DNA from: Candidatus Woesearchaeota archaeon
Lineage (GTDB): Archaea > Nanobdellota > Nanobdellia > Woesearchaeales > ARS49
Direction of reading: 5' to 3'
Length of the DNA: 35,429 nucleotides
Assembly (NCBI GenBank): GCA_026394935.1
Contig: JAPLZR010000081.1
Coordinates: 4,178 to 39,606, forward strand
Shown here: one piece after another, positions 18,279 through 26,994 of the stretch
Layout: every line of letters starts with the position of its first letter
Numbering within the stretch: position 1 is the first letter of the stretch
Position numbers and translations under genes: made by a program
The notes under the pieces: model-generated
Told to the model about the DNA's origin: nothing
The model's input: only the letters and a program-made list of their open reading frames with translations
The model's database searches: none

Positions 18279-20088
18279 AGAAAAAATAATTGGTATAGAT
18301 CTCGGCACATCGAACAGTGCAGCTTCTGTTTTGGAGGCTGGCAGGCCGAAGATTATTCCTTCAGCAGAAGGAGTTTCGTTGTATGGTAAGGCGTTTCCGT
18401 CTTTTGTTGCTTTTACAAAAGATGGGCAGTTGTTGGTTGGCGAACCTGCAAGAAGACAAGCAGTCAGCAACCCGCATGGTACTGTTTACGCTGCTAAACG
18501 TAAGATGGGTTCTAATTTCAAGTACCAAATTTACGGTAAGGAATATACTCCTCAGCAGATTTCTGCGTTTTTGCTGCAGAAAATCAGGAAGGATGCAGAG
18601 GCTTTTATTGGTGAGCCTATCAAGCGGGCTGTTATTACTGTTCCTGCTTATTTTGATGACAATCAAAGGCAGGCTACAAAGGATGCTGGCACTATTGCCG
18701 GTTTGGAAGTTGTCAGGATAATTAATGAGCCGACTGCTGCTTCTTTGTCGTATGGTCTTGACAAGCAGGGTCAAGAGCAGAAAATATTGGTTTTTGACCT
18801 TGGTGGCGGTACTTTGGACGTTACTGTTATGGACTTTTCAGAGGGTGTTTTCGAGGTTGTTTCAACTTCTGGTGATACCCAGCTGGGTGGTACTGATATG
18901 GATAACGTGCTTATCAGCCATATTGTCAAGGAGTTCCAGAAGGATTCTGGAATAGATTTGAACGATGATGCTGTTGCTATGCAGCGTGTTAGAGAGGCTG
19001 CTGAGAAGGCAAAGATTGAGTTAAGCACTGTTCTTGAAACTGACATTAATTTGCCTTTCATTTCTGCGACTAGTGCTGGTCCTAAGCATTTGCAGATGAA
19101 GTTGACAAGGGCTAAATTGGAAGAGCTTATTGACCCTATTGTTAAGAAGTGCAAGAAGAGTGTTGACCAGGCTTTGTCTGATGCCAAGATGGCTGTTAAG
19201 GACTTGGTTAAGGTTATTCTTGTTGGCGGTCCTACAAGGATGCCTATTGTTCAGAAGTATTTGGAGCAATGGTTTGGCAGCAAGGTTGAAAGAAGTATTG
19301 ACCCGATGGAATGTGTTGCTATGGGTGCTGCTATTCAGGCTGGTGTTCTTGCCGGAGAGGTTAAGGACATTTTGCTTTTGGACGTTACTCCTTTGAGTTT
19401 GGGTATTGAGACTTTGGGAGGAGTTTTAACAAAGCTTATCGAAAGGAACACCACGATTCCTGTGAAGCGCAGTCAAGTGTTCAGCACTGCTGCTGACGAT
19501 CAGTCTGCTGTTACTATCAGGGTTTCGCAGGGTGAAAGGGCGATGTTTGCTGATAACAAAATGCTTGGTCAGTTTGATCTTGTTGGCATTCCTTCTGCTC
19601 CGAGGGGTGTTCCTCAGATTGAGGTCGCGTTTGACATTGATGCTAACGGCATCTTGAATGTTTCAGCTAAGGATTTGGGCACTGGTAAGGAGCAGAGTAT
19701 GCGTATTACTGCTCCTAACAAGCTTGATTCTGCTGAGGTTGAGAGGATGCGCAAGCAGGCTGAGGAGTTTGCTGAGACTGATAAGAAGAAAAAGGATGAG
19801 ATTGAGACTGTCAATGAGGCGGATACTATCATCTATACTACTGAGAAGCAGATGAAGGACTTTGAGGGTAAGGTGAGCGAAAAGGAGATAAAGGACGTCA
19901 AGGACAAGATTGATGAGCTGAAGAAGCTTATGGCAGAGAGTCCTCGTGATCCTGCTAAGATTAGGAAGAAGCTTGACGAGTGCAATCAGGTTTTGCACGC
20001 TGCTGCCACTGCCTTGTATCAGAAGGCTGGCAAGGCAAAAGAAGCGAAGGCTGGCAAGGAAGATGTTGTAGACGCTGAGAAGGCGTAA
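18271..20088 (+). CDS. dnaK: Chaperone DnaK (Hsp70)
   Basis: [52 protein letters not shown]. Start set to ATG 18271. Confidence 0.98.
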   Translation: MGKEKIIGIDLGTSNSAASVLEAGRPKIIPSAEGVSLYGKAFPSFVAFTKDGQLLVGEPARRQAVSNPHGTVYAAKRKMGSNFKYQIYGKEYTPQQISAFLLQKIRKDAEAFIGEPIKRAVITVPAYFDDNQRQATKDAGTIAGLEVVRIINEPTAASLSYGLDKQGQEQKILVFDLGGGTLDVTVMDFSEGVFEVVSTSGDTQLGGTDMDNVLISHIVKEFQKDSGIDLNDDAVAMQRVREAAEKAKIELSTVLETDINLPFISATSAGPKHLQMKLTRAKLEELIDPIVKKCKKSVDQALSDAKMAVKDLVKVILVGGPTRMPIVQKYLEQWFGSKVERSIDPMECVAMGAAIQAGVLAGEVKDILLLDVTPLSLGIETLGGVLTKLIERNTTIPVKRSQVFSTAADDQSAVTIRVSQGERAMFADNKMLGQFDLVGIPSAPRGVPQIEVAFDIDANGILNVSAKDLGTGKEQSMRITAPNKLDSAEVERMRKQAEEFAETDKKKKDEIETVNEADTIIYTTEKQMKDFEGKVSEKEIKDVKDKIDELKKLMAESPRDPAKIRKKLDECNQVLHAAATALYQKAGKAKEAKAGKEDVVDAEKA

Positions 20089-20106
20089 GTATTAATCCAA
20101 GCCGCG

Positions 20107-20167
20107 CCTTGGCAAGACCAAGGTCAATTTTCCTCTCCCCTTGCAAAGCGTGGGGAGAGAAAATTGA
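20107..20167. terminator. Two stem-loops directly after dnaK (terminator or mRNA-stability element)
   Basis: CCTTGG/CCAAGG (20107-20123), and TCAATTTTC-c-TCTCCCC / GGGGAGA-GAAAATTGA (20124-20167; 16-bp stem, 1 bulge). Confidence 0.5.
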
Positions 20168-20194
20168 GTCGTAGACCGCAGCTTGAGGAAAATA

Positions 20195-20353
20195 ATGGAT
20201 TACCGGATACTTGCATATGTTGGAATTGGTTTGATAGCGCTGTATTTAGCTGTCAGGCTGCTCGGCCAGTATGCTTTTGGCAGGCTTGTTGATGCTGAGT
20301 TTAGCCACGTCTTGAATGCGGATGAGCATAAGGTAAAGGGGCGGTATGGGTAA
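20195..20353 (+). CDS. 52-aa single-TM small protein between dnaK and dnaJ (not in the ORF track)
   Basis: [60 protein letters not shown]. Overlaps the dnaJ start. Confidence 0.65.
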   Translation: MDYRILAYVGIGLIALYLAVRLLGQYAFGRLVDAEFSHVLNADEHKVKGRYG

Positions 20354-21407
20354 GGATTACTATAAAGTTCTTGGAGTTGAGAAGGGTGCTTCTCAGGATG
20401 AGGTTAAGAAGGCTTACAAGCGTTTGGCTAAGAAGTATCATCCTGATTTGAATAAGGAGGCTGATGCTTCTGATAAGTTTAAGGAGATTAATGAGGCTGC
20501 TGCTGTTCTTGGTGATCCTGATAAGCGTCAGCAGTATGACCAGTTTGGCACTGCTGATTTTGGTCAGCAGGCTGGTTTTGATTTCCGCGATTTTGCCGGT
20601 GGTTTTAATTTTGATGATATTTTTGACCAGTTCTTTTCTGGTTTTGGTTTTAAGTCAAAGCGTGGCGGTCGTCCTGGCAGGGATTTGGTTGCAGAGGTCG
20701 ATATTACTTTGGAAAACGTTTCAAAGGGGACTACAACTGAGATTGAGATGCAGCGTTCTGTGACTTGCAGTGAGTGTCGTGGTAAGGGTGGAAAGAATTT
20801 TGTTCAGTGTTCTGATTGTCAGGGTCAGGGTATGGTGAGGCATGCTAAGAGGACTCCTTTTGGTGTGTTTGCTACTACTTCTTCCTGTGGTGCCTGTAAG
20901 GGTACTGGCGAGGTTGCTGAGAATGTTTGTGAAACCTGTGATGGTGATGGCGTTATTGTGAGCAGGGAGCCTGTTAAGGTGAAGATTCCTGCTGGTATTG
21001 AGGATGGTATGAAGTTGCGTGTTTCCGGCGAGGGCGAGGCTGGTAGTCAGGGTGCTTCTGCTGGTGATTTGTATGTTATCGTTCACGTTCTTGAGGATGA
21101 AAGGTTTGCGAGAGTTGAGAATGATTTAGTGATGGACCAGCCAATCAGCTTTTCCACAGCGTGTTTGGGTGGAGAAATTAGTGTTGAAACATTAGCAGGC
21201 AAAAAGAAGGTTGACATCAAGCCCGGCACCCAAAATAATTCTGAAGTGCGCTTGAAAGAAGAGGGTTTGCCTGACTTGAGAAGCAGTCGTGTCGGTGATT
21301 TTGTGATTAAAGTCAGTGTTGAAGTTCCTAAGAAGGTTTCTAAGAAGCAGGCTGAATTATTGCAGGAGTTCGAGAAGGAAGGCAAGAAGAAGTGGGGCTT
21401 GTTTTAA
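20346..21407 (+). CDS. dnaJ: Chaperone DnaJ (class A)
   Basis: J domain with HPD, G/F-rich linker, four CxxCxGxG repeats, C-terminal domain. Confidence 0.97.
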   Translation: MGKDYYKVLGVEKGASQDEVKKAYKRLAKKYHPDLNKEADASDKFKEINEAAAVLGDPDKRQQYDQFGTADFGQQAGFDFRDFAGGFNFDDIFDQFFSGFGFKSKRGGRPGRDLVAEVDITLENVSKGTTTEIEMQRSVTCSECRGKGGKNFVQCSDCQGQGMVRHAKRTPFGVFATTSSCGACKGTGEVAENVCETCDGDGVIVSREPVKVKIPAGIEDGMKLRVSGEGEAGSQGASAGDLYVIVHVLEDERFARVENDLVMDQPISFSTACLGGEISVETLAGKKKVDIKPGTQNNSEVRLKEEGLPDLRSSRVGDFVIKVSVEVPKKVSKKQAELLQEFEKEGKKKWGLF

Positions 21408-21408
21408 T

Positions 21409-22143
21409 CTAATCTTTGTGATGCCAGTATATTACTGCAAAAAAGCTTGCAATAGCGAGGATTGCTTCAAAGCCTGGCGTGGTTGAATGTGCTGTGTCAT
21501 TTTCAATTTCTATTACTTCTACTTTTCCAGTATCTAAGTGGTATTTAGCGCCTATGATTGTAACTTTTTCTTCTTTGACGTACTCTTCTGTAATTGGGCT
21601 GTTTTCCAGTATGTTTTTGATGCCCAGCTTCACGTTTTCATCAATGGCATTATCTAATAGATTTCCTGGTTTGGTTTTGGCTATTTCCACTGCTGGCTCT
21701 ATTTGATCTGTGATGCTTCTGATATTTCCTCCAGCTGGTCCTTGAAGAGCTGCTGAAACTGCTCCGCAGCTCTGGTGTCCTAACACGATGATTAGGGGCA
21801 CGTGCAGGTGTTCAATGCTGTATTCGATAGAGCCCAGTTCAATGGGACCTACCACGTTGCCTGCTACGCGAACGATGAACAAGTCTCCTAGTCCTTGGTC
21901 GAATAATAGTTCTGGCGGGACTCTGGAGTCAGAACAGCTGACAATTGTTGCAATTGGATACTGTCCTGTAATCAGCTCGGCGCGTCTGATTGAAAAGTCT
22001 CTGACAGTTTGTTCACCAGAAGCGAAGCGTTGGTTTCCGTTCATCAGTTGTTTCCAGGCATTGTCAGCATCTGCTGCTGTTGCAATAGCGGAAAATGATA
22101 ATATTAAAAATAATGTGAGAATGATTGTTAATCTCTTTTTCAT
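21409..22143 (-). CDS. Secreted beta-class carbonic anhydrase with PGF-CTERM-like sorting signal
   Basis: Signal peptide MKKRLTIIL...ATAA; GNQRF; CSDSRV; RVAGN; GHQSCGAV Zn ligands; C-terminal TPGFEAILAIASFFAVIYWHHK. Confidence 0.9.
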   Translation of the reverse strand: MKKRLTIILTLFLILSFSAIATAADADNAWKQLMNGNQRFASGEQTVRDFSIRRAELITGQYPIATIVSCSDSRVPPELLFDQGLGDLFIVRVAGNVVGPIELGSIEYSIEHLHVPLIIVLGHQSCGAVSAALQGPAGGNIRSITDQIEPAVEIAKTKPGNLLDNAIDENVKLGIKNILENSPITEEYVKEEKVTIIGAKYHLDTGKVEVIEIENDTAHSTTPGFEAILAIASFFAVIYWHHKD

Positions 22144-22188
22144 AATTATCTTTTAATCGCCAGCGCTTAATAATTTTTTGGTGAAAAG

Positions 22189-23010
22189 TTACGTAAGTTC
22201 TTCATCTTCAATTTCGCTTATGTACTCTAATGTCGTTGGATCTTTATCTGATTCATAGGATTTTCTTAAGTTTTCAATGGCGTTTTTCCTTAACTCGGCT
22301 CTTTCCTGTAAATCCGTGCGGTGGTAGCTGAATTTGTCTTGAGCATTGCCTAGTGCATAAAAATCACAGGACTCGCCGTCTGAATTCGCGATTTCTTGAA
22401 GGTATTTTATTCCTCTTTGAAATAGCGTGGTTCTTTGCTGCGCATCCATGCTTAAATCATCTGAGTCAGCCATATCTATGAATGTCCTGGCAATATAGTG
22501 TAGTGTATCGGGCGTCAAATTCTGGGCAGAATCGAGTTTTTGGGCTTCTCTATAAGCTTCCTGTAAAACTGGCTGGTCGTCTTCATGTGAGCAGTTCCAT
22601 AATTTGAATAGGTTTACGACAAGTTCGGACTGATAGTCTGGGTATGTTCTTGCTCCTTTTTTTAGGTGGGCTATTGCAGAGGCGTAATAAGTTGCTGCCT
22701 CTTCATCATTCATTGACCCTGCCATTTGTGATTCGATGCTTGCCAGGTCGAAATAGTCTGTGGGTGTTCCTCTTGTAGCGACAGCCAGTTCATACACGTT
22801 TTTTAATATGAGCATAATATCTAATGATTTGATTCCGTGCAATTCGCCTGCTTGGTTTATGGTGACGTAATTATCGGGGATCTGTGAAAGAACCTGTTCT
22901 AATGCGAAAGTGGTCATGTCAACGAAATAATGGCTGAGAGGTTGTTCTGGTTTCTCTTCAGTTTTTTGTTTTATTCCTATTTTTTTCAGTATGAATTCCA
23001 GTAAGCCCAT
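22189..23010 (-). CDS. Helical-repeat (TPR-like) hypothetical protein
   Basis: Alanine/aromatic helix pairs (YALGNA, AIENLRKSYE). Likely start ATG 23010, with TTTATAAA about 25 nt upstream. Confidence 0.55.
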   Translation of the reverse strand: MGLLEFILKKIGIKQKTEEKPEQPLSHYFVDMTTFALEQVLSQIPDNYVTINQAGELHGIKSLDIMLILKNVYELAVATRGTPTDYFDLASIESQMAGSMNDEEAATYYASAIAHLKKGARTYPDYQSELVVNLFKLWNCSHEDDQPVLQEAYREAQKLDSAQNLTPDTLHYIARTFIDMADSDDLSMDAQQRTTLFQRGIKYLQEIANSDGESCDFYALGNAQDKFSYHRTDLQERAELRKNAIENLRKSYESDKDPTTLEYISEIEDEELT

Positions 23011-23074
23011 GTGTTTTTGTTGGCTTTCAGGATGTTTATAAAACTTGCCTTCATGACCACTATGAAATGACAAT

Positions 23075-23098
23075 GTTTATCGCGCCAGAAATTTAGAA
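23075..23098 (-). repeat. Displaced 3' tail of the sigma-like gene (SKFLAR* vs SKFLTQ*)
   Basis: CAGAAATTTAGAA identical at 23086-23098 and 26567-26579. Stop is in the same register; the intervening TGTGT/CGCGC differ only by 3 transitions. Confidence 0.6.
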
Positions 23099-23108
23099 GT
23101 GGCTTGCT

Positions 23109-23330
23109 TTACTTCGTTGTCTGGAATATTGGTTCTGCTATTCCTAGAATGGTGGCAACTATTCCGCCGAAAATGCCTGCTTCCAGCAAATGTTCAAGTA
23201 TTACGCCGGTTGAGCCCTTGGTGTTGAATTCTCCGACTTTTTTCAGACCATAGGCGTTTCTCATTGGAATTGAGATTTGTTCGCTTATCGGGTTGAGTAT
23301 TCTTTGAAGGTTGTTTTGTGATATTTTGGC
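23109..23330 (-). pseudogene. Displaced 3' tail (73 codons + stop) of the kinase-fusion gene
   Basis: Ungapped match to 24734-24955 with 23 mismatches in 222 nt (about 90%) by manual alignment; intact frame with 7 conservative amino-acid changes. Confidence 0.95.
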
Positions 23331-24712
23331 ACTCGTATATCATCTAATGATAACGGAATGAAAGCTCCTTTTCCATTCTTATGGCCTTTATAATGTTCAA
23401 TGTGAAGTTTTTCTTTAGGATTTGTTAATCCGATGCTTCTTTGCATCGCATAAACCTCGGCTGCAAGTGTGGTAGTTCCTATGACTGGCGGCAACCATAG
23501 TCCTAATTGTCGGTTTAGTTCTGTTGTGATTATTTCTCTTGTAATGCAATAGAGTTTGGCTTGGTCTTTATATTCGCTTTCATCTGCTAATCTTTCCAGT
23601 CTTTTTGCTTTTTTTGGGTCTTTTTCGTACATTTCTTTAGGAGGATATTTGATTTCTTTTGGTCCTGTCAATTTTTGCATAATCTTTTGTGAAGTGGCAA
23701 CTAGCATTTCTGCATCTGTTGCAACTCCATTAAAGCCGGATTCTCTGACGTAATGAGCGCCTGTTAAGTCGCTGACACCGCCAATTCTGATGTTTTGTTC
23801 GTGAACCCAGCCGTGTGTAATTCCGAGTTTCCAGATTATTGCCATGTCTCTGGCCGCAGAGCGTATAATGTATTCGGCGAATTCTTTATTTGACATGCCT
23901 AAGGCTTCAGCAACATCCCGCAAATTTTCATCGTAATGCGATAATGGTGGTGAAGATTTGACTGCTCTGATGTATGCTCCCAGTTCTTGTCCATCAAATT
24001 GAGTGAGTGGAAATTTATATGCTGCAACTAAAACTACGCTATCGTAACCATTTGAGTTGAGATTTTTGAGCATATCGATTGAATTGTTCATTCTTGCAAC
24101 AGTTAAACCACCGGCACATTCCCCGCCATCACAATAGTTTTGTCTTAGGTCAATGGGTTTTTCGCCAAAATTGACGCCTTTTACTTCTAATAGGTAGGGT
24201 TGTCCGTTAATTATTACTGGTTTTTCAAATGCGGCTGTTCTTCCAGTGGTCCATTTCATCCGCGCAACTTCCATTTGGATAGTTTCGCCGGTTGTTCTCA
24301 ATCCAAATAAGGATGGTCTAAAGAATGGTGTGAGAGAAGATACGCCGAGTTGCGTTAAAATGGCTTCTAAATCTTTATGTGCATAAACTAAATCAGCACC
24401 TTGTAAAATGTCAAAATCTCTATTTACTAATCTATACTCCTCAGTCGCTTGATCAGATGAATTTCCTGTTTCAAAACCAACAGCTCGCTTCCAGAATCCT
24501 TTTTCTTCTCTGGCTAAACCTTTACTGCCTGGCAATATTTCTGTTTTTGCATTTTTGCAAACAACTTTTTCAACTCCTTTTTGTCCTGGCAACGGTTCGG
24601 AAATGATGTGCTTATATCTGGAGAAGTCAAATACATAGGTCTCTTGTTCTGGCAGCATGATATCCTCTACTTTGCCGTTTATGACTGCCCGTCCATTTCT
24701 TATTTTAGTCAT
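23285..24712 (-). CDS. SelO/YdiU-like pseudokinase (putative AMPylase), divergent
   Basis: TGRTA...LLEVKG...GGL...YIRAV...LGITHGWVHEQNIRIGGVSD follows the SelO motif order GRA...QLKG...GFxHGVxNTDN..I.G..D. Confidence 0.55.
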   Translation of the reverse strand: MTKIRNGRAVINGKVEDIMLPEQETYVFDFSRYKHIISEPLPGQKGVEKVVCKNAKTEILPGSKGLAREEKGFWKRAVGFETGNSSDQATEEYRLVNRDFDILQGADLVYAHKDLEAILTQLGVSSLTPFFRPSLFGLRTTGETIQMEVARMKWTTGRTAAFEKPVIINGQPYLLEVKGVNFGEKPIDLRQNYCDGGECAGGLTVARMNNSIDMLKNLNSNGYDSVVLVAAYKFPLTQFDGQELGAYIRAVKSSPPLSHYDENLRDVAEALGMSNKEFAEYIIRSAARDMAIIWKLGITHGWVHEQNIRIGGVSDLTGAHYVRESGFNGVATDAEMLVATSQKIMQKLTGPKEIKYPPKEMYEKDPKKAKRLERLADESEYKDQAKLYCITREIITTELNRQLGLWLPPVIGTTTLAAEVYAMQRSIGLTNPKEKLHIEHYKGHKNGKGAFIPLSLDDIRVPKYHKTTFKEYSTR

Positions 24713-24733
24713 TTCGTCATCTAAGAGTTTGTT

Positions 24734-26554
24734 CTATTTCGTTGTCTGTAAGATTGGTTCTGATATTCCTAAAACTGTTGCTAGTATTCCGCCGAAGACG
24801 CCTGCTTCCAGTAAATGTTCGAGCAGTATGCCGGTTGAACCTTTGGTGTTGAATTCTCCGACTTTTTTCAGGCCGTAGGCGTTTCTCATTGGAATTGAGA
24901 TTTGTTCGCTTATTGGGTTGAGTATTCTTTGAAGGTTGTTTTGTGATATTTTGGCGTTGGAAAATAGTGATGCGAATGCGCTGCCTTCTCTGTATCCTAT
25001 TGCGTTTTGTGCTGTTGTTGCGTAGTCGTTCATGGTATTGATTAGGTTTGCTGGTGTGTCTCCTACAACTTCTGATATGATTTCTTTGTCAGATAGGTTT
25101 CTGACGTCGTACAATATTTTTTTGACTTTTTCTCCTGCTTCTGCTGTTCTTTCGTCGCTTAATTCTGCATAGTGTTGGCCGATTAAGTATACTGGCACAG
25201 AGGCTGCAGCTACTGTTCCTAGTTTGAGCAGGTTTCTTCTGGACGTGTTTTTTGAGGCGCTGAATTGTTTGTCAGTGAACAGTTCTAGTCCTTCTTCGTA
25301 GAACATTAGTGCTGCTCCGATTGAGCCGTAAGCGCAGGCTAGTATTGCTATTTCTCCTGCAAGGTTGGCTTTTTCTTTATTTATTTCGAAATTGTTTTCA
25401 GAGTGGTCGAAGAATGGTTGTTTGCTGACTGAGGCTATTTTGTTTGTGATGTCTTCTGTGTTGTCTCTCCATTTTTTTACTGTGTCTTTGTCAGGCAGGC
25501 CTTTCGGAACTTCCCAGTAATAGACTGTTTCTGTCTCGATTCTCAGTGTCACGTTTCCGTCCATGTCTACTTCAGGTACTGTTCTGGTTTCAGTTCTGCT
25601 TTTGTAATACTGTTTTTTGTAATGGCTCCAGAGGTTGTCTAAATCATTTTTGACTGAGGTAAAGCATCCTTCAAGCTGGTTTATGCTTTGCTGGTATTCT
25701 TTTATTTTTTCTACAGGGCTTAGTTTGACTACCGGGTATTCTTTTCTGCTGATTAGGCTTTTGACAGCAAGTCCTGCTACTGGAATGAGGGCGCAGAATT
25801 CTGCGATTTTTGCCCAGGTGCCTTCAAGGAATTGTCTTCTTGGGAGTTGTTTTGCATTGTTTAAAACTAGGTAGAATATTACGCCAAGGCTGTAGAGGTC
25901 GAATCTTTTGTCTGGGTTTTTGTGCTCTTCAGGGTCTGGTGGGAAATATCCGAGTGTTCCTTCCAGGCCTGCTGATTCTTTTGTTCTGGAAAGTGATTGT
26001 CTTAATGACATTGAGAATTCTGGGTGTTCTGTTATGATTTTCCCTAATCCGAAGTCTGATATCTTGGCTTGGTTGTCTGGTGTGATCAGTATGTTGTTTG
26101 GTTTTAAGTCCTTGTGGATTAATCCTGAGTCGTGTGCTGCCTGAAGTCCTTCTATCGTTTGGTTCATGATTTGATAGAGTTTGTCATTGGTTATTTCTGT
26201 TACATCAAGGGCTTTTAGGCCTTCCACGTAATCCATTATGATGAATGGTGATGGCTCAAAGCGGCCGTAGAATGATGATGCTGCATCGAATCCGTGGACT
26301 CTTAGCACGTTCGGATGTCTGATTCCTGAAACGAGTCTGTATTCTTTTTTCAGTTCATTTACAAGGTGGGTTTTGTTTTCTTTTAGGAATTTTAGGGCGA
26401 ATTTTCTGTTGTCTTTTTCAGCGAGGTACACTACTCCAAATCCGCCTTCGCCAAGTTTTCTGATGATTTTGTGCCCTGCGATGGTTCTGCCTGTGAAGTC
26501 TGAACTGTTCCAGGGCTTTTCATTCTCTTTTTGCAGACTGTTTTCTAGAGTCAT
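24734..26554 (-). CDS. Hanks-type Ser/Thr protein kinase fused to a membrane-associated C-terminal region
   Basis: LGEGGFGVVY, FALK, E helix, HPNV, HKDLKPNN, DFG, GTLGYFPP, DLYSLG; followed by several hydrophobic segments. Confidence 0.9.
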   Translation of the reverse strand: MTLENSLQKENEKPWNSSDFTGRTIAGHKIIRKLGEGGFGVVYLAEKDNRKFALKFLKENKTHLVNELKKEYRLVSGIRHPNVLRVHGFDAASSFYGRFEPSPFIIMDYVEGLKALDVTEITNDKLYQIMNQTIEGLQAAHDSGLIHKDLKPNNILITPDNQAKISDFGLGKIITEHPEFSMSLRQSLSRTKESAGLEGTLGYFPPDPEEHKNPDKRFDLYSLGVIFYLVLNNAKQLPRRQFLEGTWAKIAEFCALIPVAGLAVKSLISRKEYPVVKLSPVEKIKEYQQSINQLEGCFTSVKNDLDNLWSHYKKQYYKSRTETRTVPEVDMDGNVTLRIETETVYYWEVPKGLPDKDTVKKWRDNTEDITNKIASVSKQPFFDHSENNFEINKEKANLAGEIAILACAYGSIGAALMFYEEGLELFTDKQFSASKNTSRRNLLKLGTVAAASVPVYLIGQHYAELSDERTAEAGEKVKKILYDVRNLSDKEIISEVVGDTPANLINTMNDYATTAQNAIGYREGSAFASLFSNAKISQNNLQRILNPISEQISIPMRNAYGLKKVGEFNTKGSTGILLEHLLEAGVFGGILATVLGISEPILQTTK

Positions 26555-26557
26555 GTT

Positions 26558-26905
26558 TTATTGTGTCAGAAATTTAGAAAGCTCGCCTATTACATATAAT
26601 TTCATGTGTGAGTCGAATGTTCTTTCATGGTCGTAACTGCGCACTGCGTAGTCGAAAGCTTCTCTTGCTACCCTTTTCGCTTCTTTTAAATCCGCATCAG
26701 AATTGTTAAAATTGCACATGTCTTTTGCAAGCATTTCGATTGTTGGAGTGAATTCGTGCAGCAATCGTTTATTTGCTTTCGTATCACCTTCTTTTGATAG
26801 ATCTATCAGCGTGGTTATTCTGCCTTTTGTGTGCGCTTCTCTTGTTGTTTGAGGGCACATTGCTGTCCAAACACCAACCGCCTCATTAATCCTGTACTCA
26901 CTCAT
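26558..26905 (-). CDS. Stand-alone sigma70 region-2-like protein
   Basis: LIDLSKEGDTKANKRLLHEFTPTIEMLAK...DLKEAKRVAREAFDYAVRSYD..TFDSH...VIGEL follows the GD..A...L...Y...V...A / EDL.QEG..GL..AV..FD...F.TY pattern of sigma region 2. No region 4. Confidence 0.5.
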   Translation of the reverse strand: MSEYRINEAVGVWTAMCPQTTREAHTKGRITTLIDLSKEGDTKANKRLLHEFTPTIEMLAKDMCNFNNSDADLKEAKRVAREAFDYAVRSYDHERTFDSHMKLYVIGELSKFLTQ

Positions 26906-26994
26906 GAGAAGTAACGATGTTGGTTCGTTTATAAATCTTTCTTGCAGACATCAAATCCATAAACCTTAAAAACAGTTAAACTCGTATTCCGTCA

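Noticed and set aside
17937..21385. Many antisense and alternate-frame ORFs over grpE/dnaK/dnaJ (similar ones over polB, the adhesin, 26992-27684 and 32269-33908)
   Set aside because: Shadow ORFs produced by the skewed codon usage of well-supported genes.
23109..24955. Diversity-generating retroelement (template repeat / variable repeat pair)
   Set aside because: The 23 mismatches involve all four bases in both copies, are not adenine-specific and are mostly synonymous or conservative. No reverse transcriptase gene is in the window.
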